Shown here one piece after another: positions 29,115-39,821 of a DNA stretch of 64,000 nucleotides. Position numbers and translations under genes: made by a program. The stretch's first letter is position 1, and each line of letters starts with the position of its first letter. The notes under the pieces were generated by a model. It did no database searches. It worked only from the letters and a program-made list of their open reading frames with translations, and was not told the DNA's origin. Source of the stretch: an uncultured Gemmatimonadales bacterium (GTDB taxonomy: Bacteria > Gemmatimonadota > Gemmatimonadetes > Gemmatimonadales > GWC2-71-9); the NCBI GenBank assembly GCA_963817435.1, contig CAWFNY010000004.1:22080-86079 (forward strand), written 5' to 3'.

Positions 29115-29902
29115 CAGTACCAGCCCTCCGGCGGTCCCTTGTACTCCTGGATGGTGTTGCCGCCATCGACGACCAGCATCTGCCCCGTGACATAACTCGC
29201 CTCGCGCGAGGCGAGAAAGCCGATCATGGCGGCGACTTCATTCGGCGTGCCGGGGCGCCCGGCTGGCGTGTTGGTGCCCGCCGCGAGTTCCTGATCGGAG
29301 GAGGACGCGGTGGCGATCCACCCCGGTGCCACGGCGTTGACGGTGACACCCTTGCGCGCGGTCTCGATCGCCAGCGCTCGCGTCAGGCCGATCATCGCCG
29401 CCTTGGCCGCGGCATACGGAGAGGAGCGGGGATTGGCGACCAGCGGACCGGTGACCGAGGAGACGTTGATGATCCGCCCGAACCCTTCGTCCAGCATGTC
29501 CGGCAGCAGCGCCCGGGTGAGTCCGATCGCCGTGAACAGATTCCGTTCGAGCGTGAGCTCCCAGTCGCTGTCGGTGAGCGTCACGAACTCGCCGTGAATC
29601 TCGGGGCTGCCTACCTGCGCCATGCCGGCGTTGTTCACCAGGATGTCCACCGGCCCGAGGGCGGCGTGCACGCCTTCCACCAGGTGACGCTGATCGGCGG
29701 TGTCGGTGAGGTCGGCGATGAGGCCGCAGGTCTTCCCGCCCAGGTCGGCGAGTTCGGCGACGCGCTCGTGGATCCGCGACGTGGTCGAGGTGATGGCCAC
29801 CGAGGCACCGGACCTGGCCAGCAGCTTTGCCGTGGCGAAGCCGATGCCCGCCGGGCTGCCGGCACCGGTGACGAGCGCGACGAGTCCCTCAAGCGAGAAC
29901 AT
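29114..29902 (-). CDS. Short-chain dehydrogenase/reductase (FabG-like)
   Basis: TGAGSPAGIG, NNAG, YAAAK, VNAVAPGWI, YVTGQMLVVDGG. Confidence 0.92.
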   Translation of the reverse strand: MFSLEGLVALVTGAGSPAGIGFATAKLLARSGASVAITSTTSRIHERVAELADLGGKTCGLIADLTDTADQRHLVEGVHAALGPVDILVNNAGMAQVGSPEIHGEFVTLTDSDWELTLERNLFTAIGLTRALLPDMLDEGFGRIINVSSVTGPLVANPRSSPYAAAKAAMIGLTRALAIETARKGVTVNAVAPGWIATASSSDQELAAGTNTPAGRPGTPNEVAAMIGFLASREASYVTGQMLVVDGGNTIQEYKGPPEGWY

Positions 29903-29960
29903 GATGCTGCGCCTCTCTGGTCACCGAGCTGACCGCTGAGATCGGTTCATCCAACGCGGA

Positions 29961-31622
29961 CTACCTGCTGCCCTGGGCGGCGCCGGATCCCTTGACCACC
30001 CGGCCCGCCGTCGCTCCCGTGTGCTCGCCGTCCCGCACGACCTGCACCCCGTTGACGAACACCTGCCGCATGCCGGTCGCATACTGGTGTGGCTGCTCGA
30101 ACGTGGCGTGGTCGCGGATCTCGTCGGGATCGAATACCGTCACATCCGCATAATAGCCCGGAGTGAGCACCCCGCGCCGGGTGAGGCGCAGGTTGGCGGC
30201 GGGCAGACCCGAGAGGCGGTGGACCGCCTCCGGGAGCGTGAGGATCTTTTCATCCCTCGTGTACTTGCCGAGCACCCGCACAAAGGTGCCATAGGCGCGC
30301 GGGTGCGGGTTCGACTTGAGGAACACTCCCTCCGGCGCGAGTGACGATGCATCGGACGCGAAGCTGACCCACGGGAGCGCGATCTGCTTTCTGAGGTTGT
30401 CCTCGGACATCGTGAAGTAGATGCACTCGATCCGGCTCCGGTCGGCGATGATCAGGTCCATCGCGGCATCCTCGGCGCTCGTCCCGCGGAGCGCGGCGAC
30501 TTCGGACAGCCGCTTGCCGGTATAGTGCTTGAGCGAGTCCTGCTTGAAGCCAGCCAGCAGCACGCCTTCCGGTCCCCCGGGTCCCGCAAACGCTCCGCCG
30601 CGCGCGCGCCACTCCGCCTTGAGGCGCCGCCGCACCGCGGGGTCCTGCAGCCGGGAGCGCCAGGCGTCGAACCCGCCGGCCCGCACCCAGCCAGGCATCA
30701 CCCCATCGAGCCCCGTCGCGCTGGCGGGATAGGTGTACATGTCGGCCGTGATGGCGAGCCCTGCCGCGCGCGCCGCCTCGACCCGGCGAATGACCTCGTC
30801 CAGCTTGCCCCAGTTGGGCCCGCCCGCCGCCTTGAGGTGATAGATCTCCGCGCGGGCGCCGGAGTTCCGCGCGATCGTGAGAAACTCGTCCACCGCGTCC
30901 AGCAGCGAGTCGTTCTCGTTCCTGATGTGCGAGATGTACATCCCGCCTTCGGCCGCGGCCGCCCGCGCGAGCCCGGTGAGCTCCTCGGTCGTCGCGAACA
31001 TGCCCGGCTCGTAGATCAGCGAGGAGCCGACGCCGAGCGCGCCGTCCTTCATGGCCCCGGTAACCAGGCCCTCCATGCGCCGCAGCTCTTCGGCGGTGGG
31101 CGCGCGTGGGTCATGACCCAGGACGTACTGCCGGACCGTCGCCGCGCCGACGAAGCTGGCGACATTGGTCGAGATTCCCCTGGCGACAAGGGTGTCGAGG
31201 TACTGCGCGAGCGTGGTCCAGGTGATGTCGTACTTGATGTCGCCCTGGCTGGCCCGTGCCTCCTGCTTCATGCTGTCGCTGAGCGGCCCCATCGACTCGC
31301 CCTCGCCGAAGACCTCGAGCGTCACCCCCTGGCGGATGTCGCTCTCGGAGCGGCCATCGACCAGCAGCGCCTCGTTCGCCCAGCTCAGCATGTTGATGAA
31401 GCCGGGTGCGACCGCGAGACCCTTCGCCTCGATTTCACTGCGGCCCTGTGCCGCGGACAGATCGCCAATCGCGGCGATGCTGTCGCCCTGGATCGCGACA
31501 TCCGCGGCGATTCCCGGCCCGCCGCGGCCGTCGTAGACGGTGCCGTGGCGGATCACCACGTCGTAGGTGGGCCCGCCGCAGGCCACGAGGCCGAGGAGGC
31601 CGAGCATCAGAGGAAGGCGCAT
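29961..31622 (-). CDS. N-acyl-D-amino-acid deacylase family amidohydrolase (lipoprotein)
   Basis: Lipobox LVAC, APGFIN, SHIRNE, YHLK, SDA, HPRAYGTF, GYYADVTVFDP. Confidence 0.9.
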   Translation of the reverse strand: MRLPLMLGLLGLVACGGPTYDVVIRHGTVYDGRGGPGIAADVAIQGDSIAAIGDLSAAQGRSEIEAKGLAVAPGFINMLSWANEALLVDGRSESDIRQGVTLEVFGEGESMGPLSDSMKQEARASQGDIKYDITWTTLAQYLDTLVARGISTNVASFVGAATVRQYVLGHDPRAPTAEELRRMEGLVTGAMKDGALGVGSSLIYEPGMFATTEELTGLARAAAAEGGMYISHIRNENDSLLDAVDEFLTIARNSGARAEIYHLKAAGGPNWGKLDEVIRRVEAARAAGLAITADMYTYPASATGLDGVMPGWVRAGGFDAWRSRLQDPAVRRRLKAEWRARGGAFAGPGGPEGVLLAGFKQDSLKHYTGKRLSEVAALRGTSAEDAAMDLIIADRSRIECIYFTMSEDNLRKQIALPWVSFASDASSLAPEGVFLKSNPHPRAYGTFVRVLGKYTRDEKILTLPEAVHRLSGLPAANLRLTRRGVLTPGYYADVTVFDPDEIRDHATFEQPHQYATGMRQVFVNGVQVVRDGEHTGATAGRVVKGSGAAQGSR

Positions 31623-31712
31623 GGGTCGGTCACTGGGGGTACAGGTGGTGGCGCGGCCGAGATGGCCATGCCCGTCGAATGCTCTGTCAGGCACTTCCCG
31701 GGGCGGGCAGCC

Positions 31713-33407
31713 TCACGGCGCAAAGAATCGGTAGTAGGCCATCCCGGAGAATGTGGCGCGCAGCGCCTGCCCATCCGCGATGTCGTCGAACCGGAGCGTT
31801 TCCGGCGAGCCCGGCTCGCCAACCCGGAAGCTGCCCGCTCCGGTCGGAGTCAGCGGTTCCTCGTTTCCCTCGGGTCCGATCCACCAGAGACGGCCTTTGC
31901 GGACCACGACCCGGAAATTCGGCTCCCACGGCTGCATGATCCGGTAATGGCCGATGTACGCCTGCCACTCCTTCGGCACGGTGAAACGCCGCGGCCCTCG
32001 GTAGCTCTCCCCGGCAAACCAGTCGCCACCATACCAGGCCTCCGTCACGCCTTTCGGCCCGCGGCCGAACCGGATGGGATAGATCGAGAAGTCCGGCGAT
32101 GGGCCGAGGAAGCTGTCCGTGCCATGGCGAAGAAGCGGCTCTCGACGATCGCCCCGTACCAGCAGCAGGGAGTCACCGCTCGCCACGAACTCCAGCGAGT
32201 CGCCGTCCGGCGATACGAATCGGCCCGCATACGCGGTCGGGTCAGTGACCTGCCAGGGCGGTCGTACCTCTGGCAGCTCGGGAAGGGAATCGCCGCGCGA
32301 TGCGGCGGCGAGCGTCCGGAGCGCGAAGCGCGCGATGTCGCCGGGTTCGCCCGGCCCATTCACGAACGCCACCGCACCGATGCCGAGTGAAGGCACGCCG
32401 ATCAGGTAGCTGGTGTAACCGATCATGCCGCCGCTGTGCCGGAAGACCGGCAGGCTGTCGAGCGTGCCGAGGAACATCCCGTATCCGTAGTGATCGTCGC
32501 CGCGCGCGGTGAGCGCGTATGGCGTCATCAGTGCGGTGTAACCAGCTTCGGAGAGCACTCGCCCGCGCGGGCCCTGGCCCCTGTTGAGCAGCATCGTGAG
32601 GTAGGCACCGAGCTCGGTCGAACTCGCGACGATGGAACCGTCGCCGGAGCCGTACTCGATCCAGGTGCCCTCGACCAGCGGATCGCCGGGACGCGCCGGA
32701 CGATCGTCATAGAGTGGGAGATACCCCACTGCCAGTCGGGGCCGGGTCGCATTGGTGAACTCGGCCTCGGTTCCGGTCATGCCAAGCGGTTCGAGAATCC
32801 GGGTGCGGATGATCTCCGGATACGGCCGGCGCTCCAGTCGTTCGAGCACGGCCCCCATCACCTGGAAGCCGATGTTCGAGTAGGCCCAGCGCTTCCCCGG
32901 TGCCGAGCCGAGGGTGCGCTCGCGCGCGACGTAGGCCTGGGCGCGCGAGGAGGGGATGTCGTCGCGGTCGGCCGGGAGTCCGGCAGTGTGGGTGAGGAGG
33001 TCGTGCCCGGTCACCGGCCGCCACCTGGACGCGGGCGTGAACCAGGGGAGATAGCGCCGGATCGGCTGCGACGGGTCGAAGCGCCCCTCATCGCGGAGCT
33101 GCATGAGCGCGATCGTGGTGAAGGACTTGGAGATCGAGCCGATCTCGAATCGGGTGGCCGGCGTGACAGGGGCTCTCCGCGCGACGTCCGCGTAGCCGTA
33201 GCTCCGGACCGTGATGACACCCTGCTTGTCGACGAGGGCCAGCGAGAGCCCTGGGGTCCCCTCGCTCTGCATCACCTGCTCGGCGTACCGATCGATGAGG
33301 CGGAATGCGGGGCGGAGGCTCAGCGTGTCATGCTGCGCGGCCGCTGGAGTGGCGGAGGCGGCGAGCAGGGTGCCCAGCAGGAGCGCACGTGTCCGTTTCG
33401 GAAGCAT
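31713..33407 (-). CDS. Serine hydrolase, beta-lactamase family, with signal peptide
   Basis: FEIGSISK (SxxK), LLTHTAGL, WAYSN, HSGG. Confidence 0.9.
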   Translation of the reverse strand: MLPKRTRALLLGTLLAASATPAAAQHDTLSLRPAFRLIDRYAEQVMQSEGTPGLSLALVDKQGVITVRSYGYADVARRAPVTPATRFEIGSISKSFTTIALMQLRDEGRFDPSQPIRRYLPWFTPASRWRPVTGHDLLTHTAGLPADRDDIPSSRAQAYVARERTLGSAPGKRWAYSNIGFQVMGAVLERLERRPYPEIIRTRILEPLGMTGTEAEFTNATRPRLAVGYLPLYDDRPARPGDPLVEGTWIEYGSGDGSIVASSTELGAYLTMLLNRGQGPRGRVLSEAGYTALMTPYALTARGDDHYGYGMFLGTLDSLPVFRHSGGMIGYTSYLIGVPSLGIGAVAFVNGPGEPGDIARFALRTLAAASRGDSLPELPEVRPPWQVTDPTAYAGRFVSPDGDSLEFVASGDSLLLVRGDRREPLLRHGTDSFLGPSPDFSIYPIRFGRGPKGVTEAWYGGDWFAGESYRGPRRFTVPKEWQAYIGHYRIMQPWEPNFRVVVRKGRLWWIGPEGNEEPLTPTGAGSFRVGEPGSPETLRFDDIADGQALRATFSGMAYYRFFAP

Positions 33408-34072
33408 CACGGTATCCGGCGAATGTGAGGAACGTCGAGAATTCGGAGCCCCGCCACCGGCTCCTCGACTGCGTGCAGCAGCGCGCGGATCATCTGGCCG
33501 ATGGTGACGAGGCCAAGCCGGCGGGCCGTCTCGCGTGGGCCGGGCAGGAACTCTGCCGCCCAGTAGGCCGGCAGCAGTATCGCCGGCCACCAATGGCCCG
33601 GACCGAGGACATACCAGGGCCGCAGTATCGTTGCCGGCAGGCCGCTTTCCCGGAGCAGGCGTTCTCCCTGCATCCGCGCCGCGACGTACGCATGCATGGC
33701 CGGCGCAGGATGCGCGACACTCACATAGACGAAGTGCCGCACGCCCGCCGTGCTCGCGGCAGCGACCGCGGCCTCCATGGAGGCGAGATCGACGCGGAGG
33801 AACTCGCGGGCCTTGCGGGGGCTCGGGTGCGAGACGCCGACGAGATGCACGAAGGTGTCCACGGGAGCGACCTGCGCGGCATAGGAGAGGCCATGCAGCG
33901 CATCCCCGCGCACCGGGTGAGCCTCTGGCGGGAGCTTCGACTCCGACCCCTGCCTGACGAGGGCGCGCACCACGTGGGTGCGTTCAGTCAGGGCCCGGAT
34001 CAGGCGCCGGCCGAGATAGCCGGTGCCACCGGTAACAAAGACCTGGCGTGCCGGGTGGCTGGACCCTGTCAC
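33407..34072 (-). CDS. NAD(P)-binding atypical SDR/epimerase
   Basis: VFVTGGTGYLG, FVYVS, ATILRPWYVLG. Confidence 0.85.
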   Translation of the reverse strand: MTGSSHPARQVFVTGGTGYLGRRLIRALTERTHVVRALVRQGSESKLPPEAHPVRGDALHGLSYAAQVAPVDTFVHLVGVSHPSPRKAREFLRVDLASMEAAVAAASTAGVRHFVYVSVAHPAPAMHAYVAARMQGERLLRESGLPATILRPWYVLGPGHWWPAILLPAYWAAEFLPGPRETARRLGLVTIGQMIRALLHAVEEPVAGLRILDVPHIRRIP

Positions 34073-35127
34073 GCGGGAGTCAGGGTGCGTCCACTGCCGC
34101 CGTAGCGCGCCATCGTCATCTCGGCCATGATGGCGAGTGCGGTCTCCGCCGGCGAGCGGCCTCCCAGATCGAGACCGATCGGGCCGTGCAGGCGGGCAAG
34201 GTCGGCATCGGTGAAACCCTGCTTCCGCAGCCGCTCGCGCCGGGAGGCCTGGGTCTTCTTCGAACCGATCGCACCGATATACCGCGCCGGCGAGCGGAGC
34301 GCGATATCGAGCGCGGGCTCGTCGAACTTGGGGTCGTGGGAGAGCACGCAGACGAAGGTCGCGCTGTCGAGGCCGGCCTGTTTGAACGCCTCTTCCGGCC
34401 AGGCGAGCAGGAGCTCATCGGCATCGGGGAAGCGTTCCCGGGTCAGAAATGACTGGCGACCGTCGGCGACCACTGTCCGGTAACCCAGCGACCTGGCGAG
34501 AGGCACCAGTGCCATCGCGATATGAACCCCGCCGAAGATCACCAGCCGCGGGCGCCGCGGGTACACCTCCAGAAACACCGACGCTACTCCGCCATGAGGA
34601 CCAGCGACCTGCACCACGGTGCTGGCCTCCTTGCGGAGCGCGGCACGCGCTGCGTCTCCCGCCGCTTTTGCGATCCACTCAGTCTCCGGAGTCGTCTGGG
34701 TGCCACCATCTTCACGGAGCAGGGCAGAGGCGCCGAGCCACTCGGCCGGATCGGCTTCGATCACGGTGGCCACGACCACCCCACCCTCACTGCGCGCCGC
34801 CTCGAGTACCGTCCTGGAGACCGCCGGCTCGACGAACACCTTGATCGTTCCGCCACAAGCGAGGCCGACCTCCCACGCCTTCTCATGGGTCACGCCGTAG
34901 GTCACCAGCTTCGATGCACCAGTCGTGATGGCCGCGGCAATCTCCTGGGCCGTGGCGCTCTCCACGCAGCCGCCGGACACCGAACCGGCGAGCGCACCAT
35001 CCGCGGTAGCGAGCATGCAGGCGCCCTCGGCCCGGGGGGCCGAGCCCCAGACGCTGGTGACGACGGCGCGGCCTACCGGCCGCCCGGGGGCGTGAAGCCG
35101 GTCGTATTCCTGGAGGAGGTCCCGCAT
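34069..35127 (-). CDS. xdhC: XdhC/CoxI family molybdoenzyme accessory protein
   Basis: WGSAPR, GSVSGGCVE, GLACGG, SHDPKFD, YIGAIGS, GPIGLDLGGRSPAETALAI. Confidence 0.92.
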   Translation of the reverse strand: MRDLLQEYDRLHAPGRPVGRAVVTSVWGSAPRAEGACMLATADGALAGSVSGGCVESATAQEIAAAITTGASKLVTYGVTHEKAWEVGLACGGTIKVFVEPAVSRTVLEAARSEGGVVVATVIEADPAEWLGASALLREDGGTQTTPETEWIAKAAGDAARAALRKEASTVVQVAGPHGGVASVFLEVYPRRPRLVIFGGVHIAMALVPLARSLGYRTVVADGRQSFLTRERFPDADELLLAWPEEAFKQAGLDSATFVCVLSHDPKFDEPALDIALRSPARYIGAIGSKKTQASRRERLRKQGFTDADLARLHGPIGLDLGGRSPAETALAIMAEMTMARYGGSGRTLTPA

Positions 35128-35290
35128 GGAGGGTCCTGTGCTGCTGGCTCAGACTGAGGTGGTGGACTCCCAACGATAGTTCAGCCTTCGTACGGTCGTA
35201 AGCCCGCCGCTCGGGCGTGGCCTTGGCACGACCGGCACGACGCCACCACATTTCGGCTCCGCGTTTCCCACCCGAAATCTCGAGGCCCGC

Positions 35291-36121
35291 GTGTCACCCT
35301 TCCGCGCCGCGCTGCTGGTCGCGTTCCCTTCGTTGCTGGCTGCCTGTTCCCCGTCGCCCGAGCAGTTGCGGGCCACGCTCAAGCAGCACCCGGAGATACT
35401 GGCCGAGGTGATTCGCGAGCATCCAGCCGAAATCATGGAAGCGCTGCAGGCGGCCGCGGATTCCTATCAGCACCTCGCCCAGGCGAAGGCGGATAGCGCG
35501 GAGGACGAGCGCATCGGGCGGGAACTCTCGGCGCCGCGCCACCCCGTGATCGGCGCCGGCCGGGCCGTTCGAGGCGCGCCGGACGCGGCGGTCACGATCG
35601 TGGAATACTCCGACTTCCAGTGCCCCTATTGCCGCCGGGATGTCCCGGTGCTGAAAGCGGTGCTTGAGAAGTACCCCGGGCAGGTGCGGCTGGTCTTGAA
35701 GCAGACACCGCTCCCGATCCATGCCCATGCGCACGAGGCGGCGCTGATGTTCGAGGCCGTGCTCCGGCAGGGTCAGGACAAGGCGTGGCGGTACTACGAT
35801 CTCCTGTTCGCGAATCAGGAGCGACTCACTGCCGAGGGCGGTGCGTATCTCGATGCCGCGGCCCACCAGGCGGGGGCCGATGTGGCGCGTGCACGCCGCG
35901 ATGCCCGGAGTCCCGAAGTGGGTGCGATCATCGATGCGGACCTGGCCGAGTTCCAGCAGTTCGGGTTCTCAGGGACACCGGGATTCATCGTGCATGGGGT
36001 GATGCTCGACGGCTCCAAGCCCATTGAGGCGTTCGATCATGTCATTATGCGAGTCCTGGCGGGACAGGCGCCGCCGCCTGCTCTCGCCCGCCCCGGCCGT
36101 GGCGGCGACACCACACCATAG
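35291..36121 (+). CDS. DsbA-family thioredoxin-fold lipoprotein
   Basis: Lipobox LLAAC, EYSDFQCPYC, GTPGF (cis-Pro). Confidence 0.9.
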   Translation: MSPFRAALLVAFPSLLAACSPSPEQLRATLKQHPEILAEVIREHPAEIMEALQAAADSYQHLAQAKADSAEDERIGRELSAPRHPVIGAGRAVRGAPDAAVTIVEYSDFQCPYCRRDVPVLKAVLEKYPGQVRLVLKQTPLPIHAHAHEAALMFEAVLRQGQDKAWRYYDLLFANQERLTAEGGAYLDAAAHQAGADVARARRDARSPEVGAIIDADLAEFQQFGFSGTPGFIVHGVMLDGSKPIEAFDHVIMRVLAGQAPPPALARPGRGGDTTP

Positions 36122-36339
36122 GGGTGGTGATTCACCCCACGTCCCGAAGTCGCTCTTGCGCCAGCGAGAGAATTTCACATTTTGAAACGGGGCCTTGGCC
36201 GAGGCCCCAACGAGCACCTCAGAACAGTTGCAGGTCTTTCCGGGCACTCCCCGCCCGGCCCCCTCGCGCAGCTCGCCCGCACCCGCGGCGCGTTCTGGAC
36301 GGTGCGTGCTGATTCCCTCTACCTCAGGAGTCCCTCCCT

Positions 36340-37230
36340 ATGCTGCGTCCAGGTTTCTTCCGCAGGGCCTTGTGTATGGCCGGTCTCGGCGTGCTCGCCG
36401 CATGCTCGGACCAGATGTCGCCCGCCAACACCACAGCCGGTGGTGTTTCGACGGATGGAGTGAAGGCCGGCCAGCCCATCGGAGCGGTCCTGCATCAGGG
36501 GAGCACCAACGTCACCACCAACGCCGGATCGGTGCAGCTGCTGATCTACCACAAGGGTCCGGTCATCAAGGCCAGCAAGATCCAGGCGATCTTCTGGGGA
36601 CCCCAGTTCACCAACGGCTCGTTCCCGTCGGACGTCGTGACAGGGATCGATCAGTTCTACAACGGGTGGAGTGGCAGCCGCTACAACGGCCTGAACACCG
36701 AGTACGGTGACGCGACCAGCAAGATCACCTCGACCTCCACCTACCTCGGCCACGTCTTCGACGGCACCTCGGCGCCGGGCGGTGCCCTCAGCACCACTCA
36801 GGCGGTCGCCGAGGCCTGCGCCATCTCGGGACAGAATCCTGATCCGAACGCGCTGTACGTGATCTACACGCCGACCTATCCGTCCGGCGTCAACTACTGC
36901 GCGTGGCACACCTGGGGCAACTGCTCCAATGGCAAGCCGGTGCAGGCGGCCTACGAGCCGAACCCGTCCGGCGTTGCCGGCTGCGATCCGACCGACACCC
37001 AGACCGGTCACTCCCAGATGCTCGCGTCGCTCGTGAACACCTCGGCGCACGAACTTGCCGAGACCGAGACCGATCCGCGTGGCTCGGCCTGGTACGACCG
37101 CCGCGGCTACGAGAACGCCGACAAGTGCGCCTGGCAGTTCGGCAGCCTGGTGGTCCTCGCCAACGGCAGCAGCTGGAAGATCCAGAAGAACTGGTCCAAC
37201 GCCGCGAAGGGCTGCCTCACCGGGTCCTGA
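36340..37230 (+). CDS. Secreted PHI-1/EXORDIUM-like protein with HExxE motif
   Basis: Lipobox LAAC, YHKGPVI, IFWG, YCAWH, HELAETETDP, AWY, ENADKCAW. Confidence 0.6.
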   Translation: MLRPGFFRRALCMAGLGVLAACSDQMSPANTTAGGVSTDGVKAGQPIGAVLHQGSTNVTTNAGSVQLLIYHKGPVIKASKIQAIFWGPQFTNGSFPSDVVTGIDQFYNGWSGSRYNGLNTEYGDATSKITSTSTYLGHVFDGTSAPGGALSTTQAVAEACAISGQNPDPNALYVIYTPTYPSGVNYCAWHTWGNCSNGKPVQAAYEPNPSGVAGCDPTDTQTGHSQMLASLVNTSAHELAETETDPRGSAWYDRRGYENADKCAWQFGSLVVLANGSSWKIQKNWSNAAKGCLTGS

Positions 37231-37254
37231 TGGCCTCGCACTGAGCCATGAGTG

Positions 37255-37290
37255 AGGGGCACCGCCACGGCGGTGCCCTTCTTTTTTCTT
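37255..37290 (+). terminator. Intrinsic terminator
   Basis: gggcaccgcc-ac-ggcggtgccc stem followed by ttcttttttctt. Confidence 0.85.
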
Positions 37291-37374
37291 CACGGCCACC
37301 GTGATTAGCTTTCGCCGCCACTGCCTTCCCGCCGCTCGGCGTGACCGTCACCATCCCGAAATGAGGTTGCAGGC

Positions 37375-38658
37375 GTGCCCCAGGAACCTGCGAGTGAACT
37401 GGTAGGCCGGATCGGCCAGGCGGTCGAGGCGGCCCGTGACGCGACGATCCGCCTGCATCAGTCGTTTGTCCGCGCAGCATCGGTGACGGGCGCGGAAGGC
37501 CCCATGAGCGCGGTCGCCGCGGACGCGTTCCGGGCTCGGGGATTGGACGTGGAGACCTGGGCCGCGACCGCCGACGAAATGCGCGGGTACCTGGAGCATG
37601 TGGGCGAGCAGCCCGGTTACGAGGGTCGGCTGAACGTCGTCGGCAAGCGGAAGGGCACCGGTGGCGGCCGCTCCATCCTGCTCAACGCCCACATCGACAC
37701 CGTCCCTGAGGGCGATCATGGCCTCTGGAGCCAGCCCCCATACGCCGCGAAGCTCGTGGATGGCCGGGTCTACGGCCGCGGGAGCTGCGACATGAAGGGC
37801 GGGCTCACCACCCACCTCGCCGCCCTCGCGGCCCTCGATGCCTGCGGTGTCCGCCTCAAGGGCGATGTCACCATCGCCGCGACGGTCGGTGAAGAAGACG
37901 GGGGGATCGGTGCACTCTCGACCGTGCTGCGAGGCTACCGGGCGGACGCGGCGCTGGTCACCGAACCGACCGAACTGGCCCTGGTGACCGCCTGCGAGGG
38001 CTCGCTGGTCTTCCGGCTCACGATCACCGGCCGCTCCGCCCACGCCGCTACCCGTGACGAAGGCGTGTCGGCGCTCGAGAAGTTCCTGCCCATCTACGAC
38101 GAACTCATGGCCTTCGAGCAGGAACGGAACGCGACGCTCCGGCACCCGCTCTACGACTTTTTCGCCAACAAGGTCCCGGTCAATGTGGGCGTGGTGCGGG
38201 CCGGCAACTGGGCCTCGACGGTGCCCGAACTCCTGGATGCTGAAATTCGGGTGGGCTTCCTTCCCGGAGAAGAGCTGGAGTCGTTCAAGCGGCTCGTCGC
38301 CGACCGGATCATGGCGGTGGCGTCACGGGATCCGTGGCTTCGCGAGCATCCGCCCGTCATCACCTATTTCGGCGGCCAGTTCATCCCGGCCGAGACGGCG
38401 TCCGACTCCCCGATCTGCGATGTCCTTCGGCGCGCCCACACCGGTGTCACCGGCCGGCACCTCACCACGGAGGCTGCGACCTACGGCGCCGACATGCGGC
38501 ACTTCATCGCGTTCGGAGGCATGCCGTGCGTGATGTATGGTGCCGGCGACATCAAGCTGGCCCACGCGCCTGACGAATACATCGAAGTCGAGGAACTGCT
38601 GACCGCGGTGAAGGTGATCGCGGTGGCGCTGGCCGAGTGGTGCGGAGTGACGGGGTAG
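37375..38658 (+). CDS. ArgE/DapE-family M20A deacylase
   Basis: LNAHIDTVP, GRGSCDMKGG, GEE, EPT, GRSAHA, AHAPDEYI. Confidence 0.9.
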   Translation: MPQEPASELVGRIGQAVEAARDATIRLHQSFVRAASVTGAEGPMSAVAADAFRARGLDVETWAATADEMRGYLEHVGEQPGYEGRLNVVGKRKGTGGGRSILLNAHIDTVPEGDHGLWSQPPYAAKLVDGRVYGRGSCDMKGGLTTHLAALAALDACGVRLKGDVTIAATVGEEDGGIGALSTVLRGYRADAALVTEPTELALVTACEGSLVFRLTITGRSAHAATRDEGVSALEKFLPIYDELMAFEQERNATLRHPLYDFFANKVPVNVGVVRAGNWASTVPELLDAEIRVGFLPGEELESFKRLVADRIMAVASRDPWLREHPPVITYFGGQFIPAETASDSPICDVLRRAHTGVTGRHLTTEAATYGADMRHFIAFGGMPCVMYGAGDIKLAHAPDEYIEVEELLTAVKVIAVALAEWCGVTG

Positions 38659-38686
38659 GGGCGGAGCACCAGCTCCACCGCGTCGC

Positions 38687-39448
38687 TTACCGGTGCGGAT
38701 CGAGGCAGAGCAGCCGTGCCTCCACGTCGGCCAATGCACTGGCGAGCTGGAGTTCGGCGTCGGAGGCACGCTCCCTTGCATGCCGCTCGTACCCGGTGCG
38801 CGGCGAGATATATGGTGGCCCGTACCAGGCGTTCCACGTCGTCCGGATCGCCTCATTCCCCATATTACGGGTGATCGAGCCCTGGTCCATCGGCACGTTG
38901 CCGGCGAACCAGCGCGGCGGGCTAGGCGACGGCGCAGCGATGGCCGAGGCGGTCCGCAGGAAGAGCTCGGTGCTGTTGCGGTCCCGGGCGCGCACGATGC
39001 CGTTTCGCATCGCGATCAGGGAATCGGTGAGTCGCGCCAGCCCCACGGAGTCCTGCGGCCGGCCGGCCTGAAGGAGTGCGGTGCACGCCCCCGCCAGCGC
39101 GCTGGCCTGGGCCGGCTCCACCCCGGCGAGGCGATCGTACATCGCGTAACTGAGCACGGCTTCCGGGATCTGTCCCAGGCACTCGTGCGCCCGCGCCTTC
39201 ACCAGCGGGATGCGCGGATCCATCCGATCGGGGTGCCGCATTTCCCGATCGAAGGCGGCATTGGCCTGGAGCAGTGCGGCCCCACAATCGTGCCGCTGGT
39301 ACAGGGAGATCTCCGCCTTGTCCCGCATCTCCTGGGACCAGGTGCGTGGCGCCGGCCTGGCCTTCACCGGCACCTGCTGGGCGGTGGCGGAGATGGCTGC
39401 GGTCGTCGAGAGGAGCAGGAAGAAGAGCACCGGCGTCGTGGCTCGCAT
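38687..39448 (-). CDS. Hypothetical secreted helical protein
   Basis: Signal peptide and a TPR-like stretch (KARAHECLGQIPEAVLSYAMY). No family recognised. Confidence 0.55.
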   Translation of the reverse strand: MRATTPVLFFLLLSTTAAISATAQQVPVKARPAPRTWSQEMRDKAEISLYQRHDCGAALLQANAAFDREMRHPDRMDPRIPLVKARAHECLGQIPEAVLSYAMYDRLAGVEPAQASALAGACTALLQAGRPQDSVGLARLTDSLIAMRNGIVRARDRNSTELFLRTASAIAAPSPSPPRWFAGNVPMDQGSITRNMGNEAIRTTWNAWYGPPYISPRTGYERHARERASDAELQLASALADVEARLLCLDPHR

Positions 39449-39630
39449 GGGGTCCTCCGGAGTGGCGTGCCTGACGCTCCTATCTTGCGGCTGTTGTCAG
39501 GCGATGTCAACCTGGCTGAAATCCGGCCGGGGGGTCCGACCGGCGTCCCGGACTCGGGCTCGCAAACCAGACGCGGCGCCCCGCTCGAGTGGCGGGACGC
39601 CGCGCAGTGGCCAGCGGTGACCGATGCCGG

Positions 39631-39789
39631 TCAGAAGATCGTGTAGATGAACGGGGCCAGTACCGATCCCTTGGCGAAGACCAGCAGCGTGCCGACCAGC
39701 AGCATCAGCAGGATGAGTGGCATCAGCCACCACTTCTTGCGGGCCTTCATGAACGACCACAGCTCTCGTACCAGACTCGGTTGCGACAC
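39631..39789 (-). CDS. DUF5989/SxtK-like small membrane protein
   Basis: RELWSFMKARKKWWLMP...APFIYTIF; GTG start. Confidence 0.85.
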   Translation of the reverse strand: MSQPSLVRELWSFMKARKKWWLMPLILLMLLVGTLLVFAKGSVLAPFIYTIF

Positions 39790-39821
39790 GGAACCTCCTG
39801 GGGCGGCGCTCGACGGCGTCG

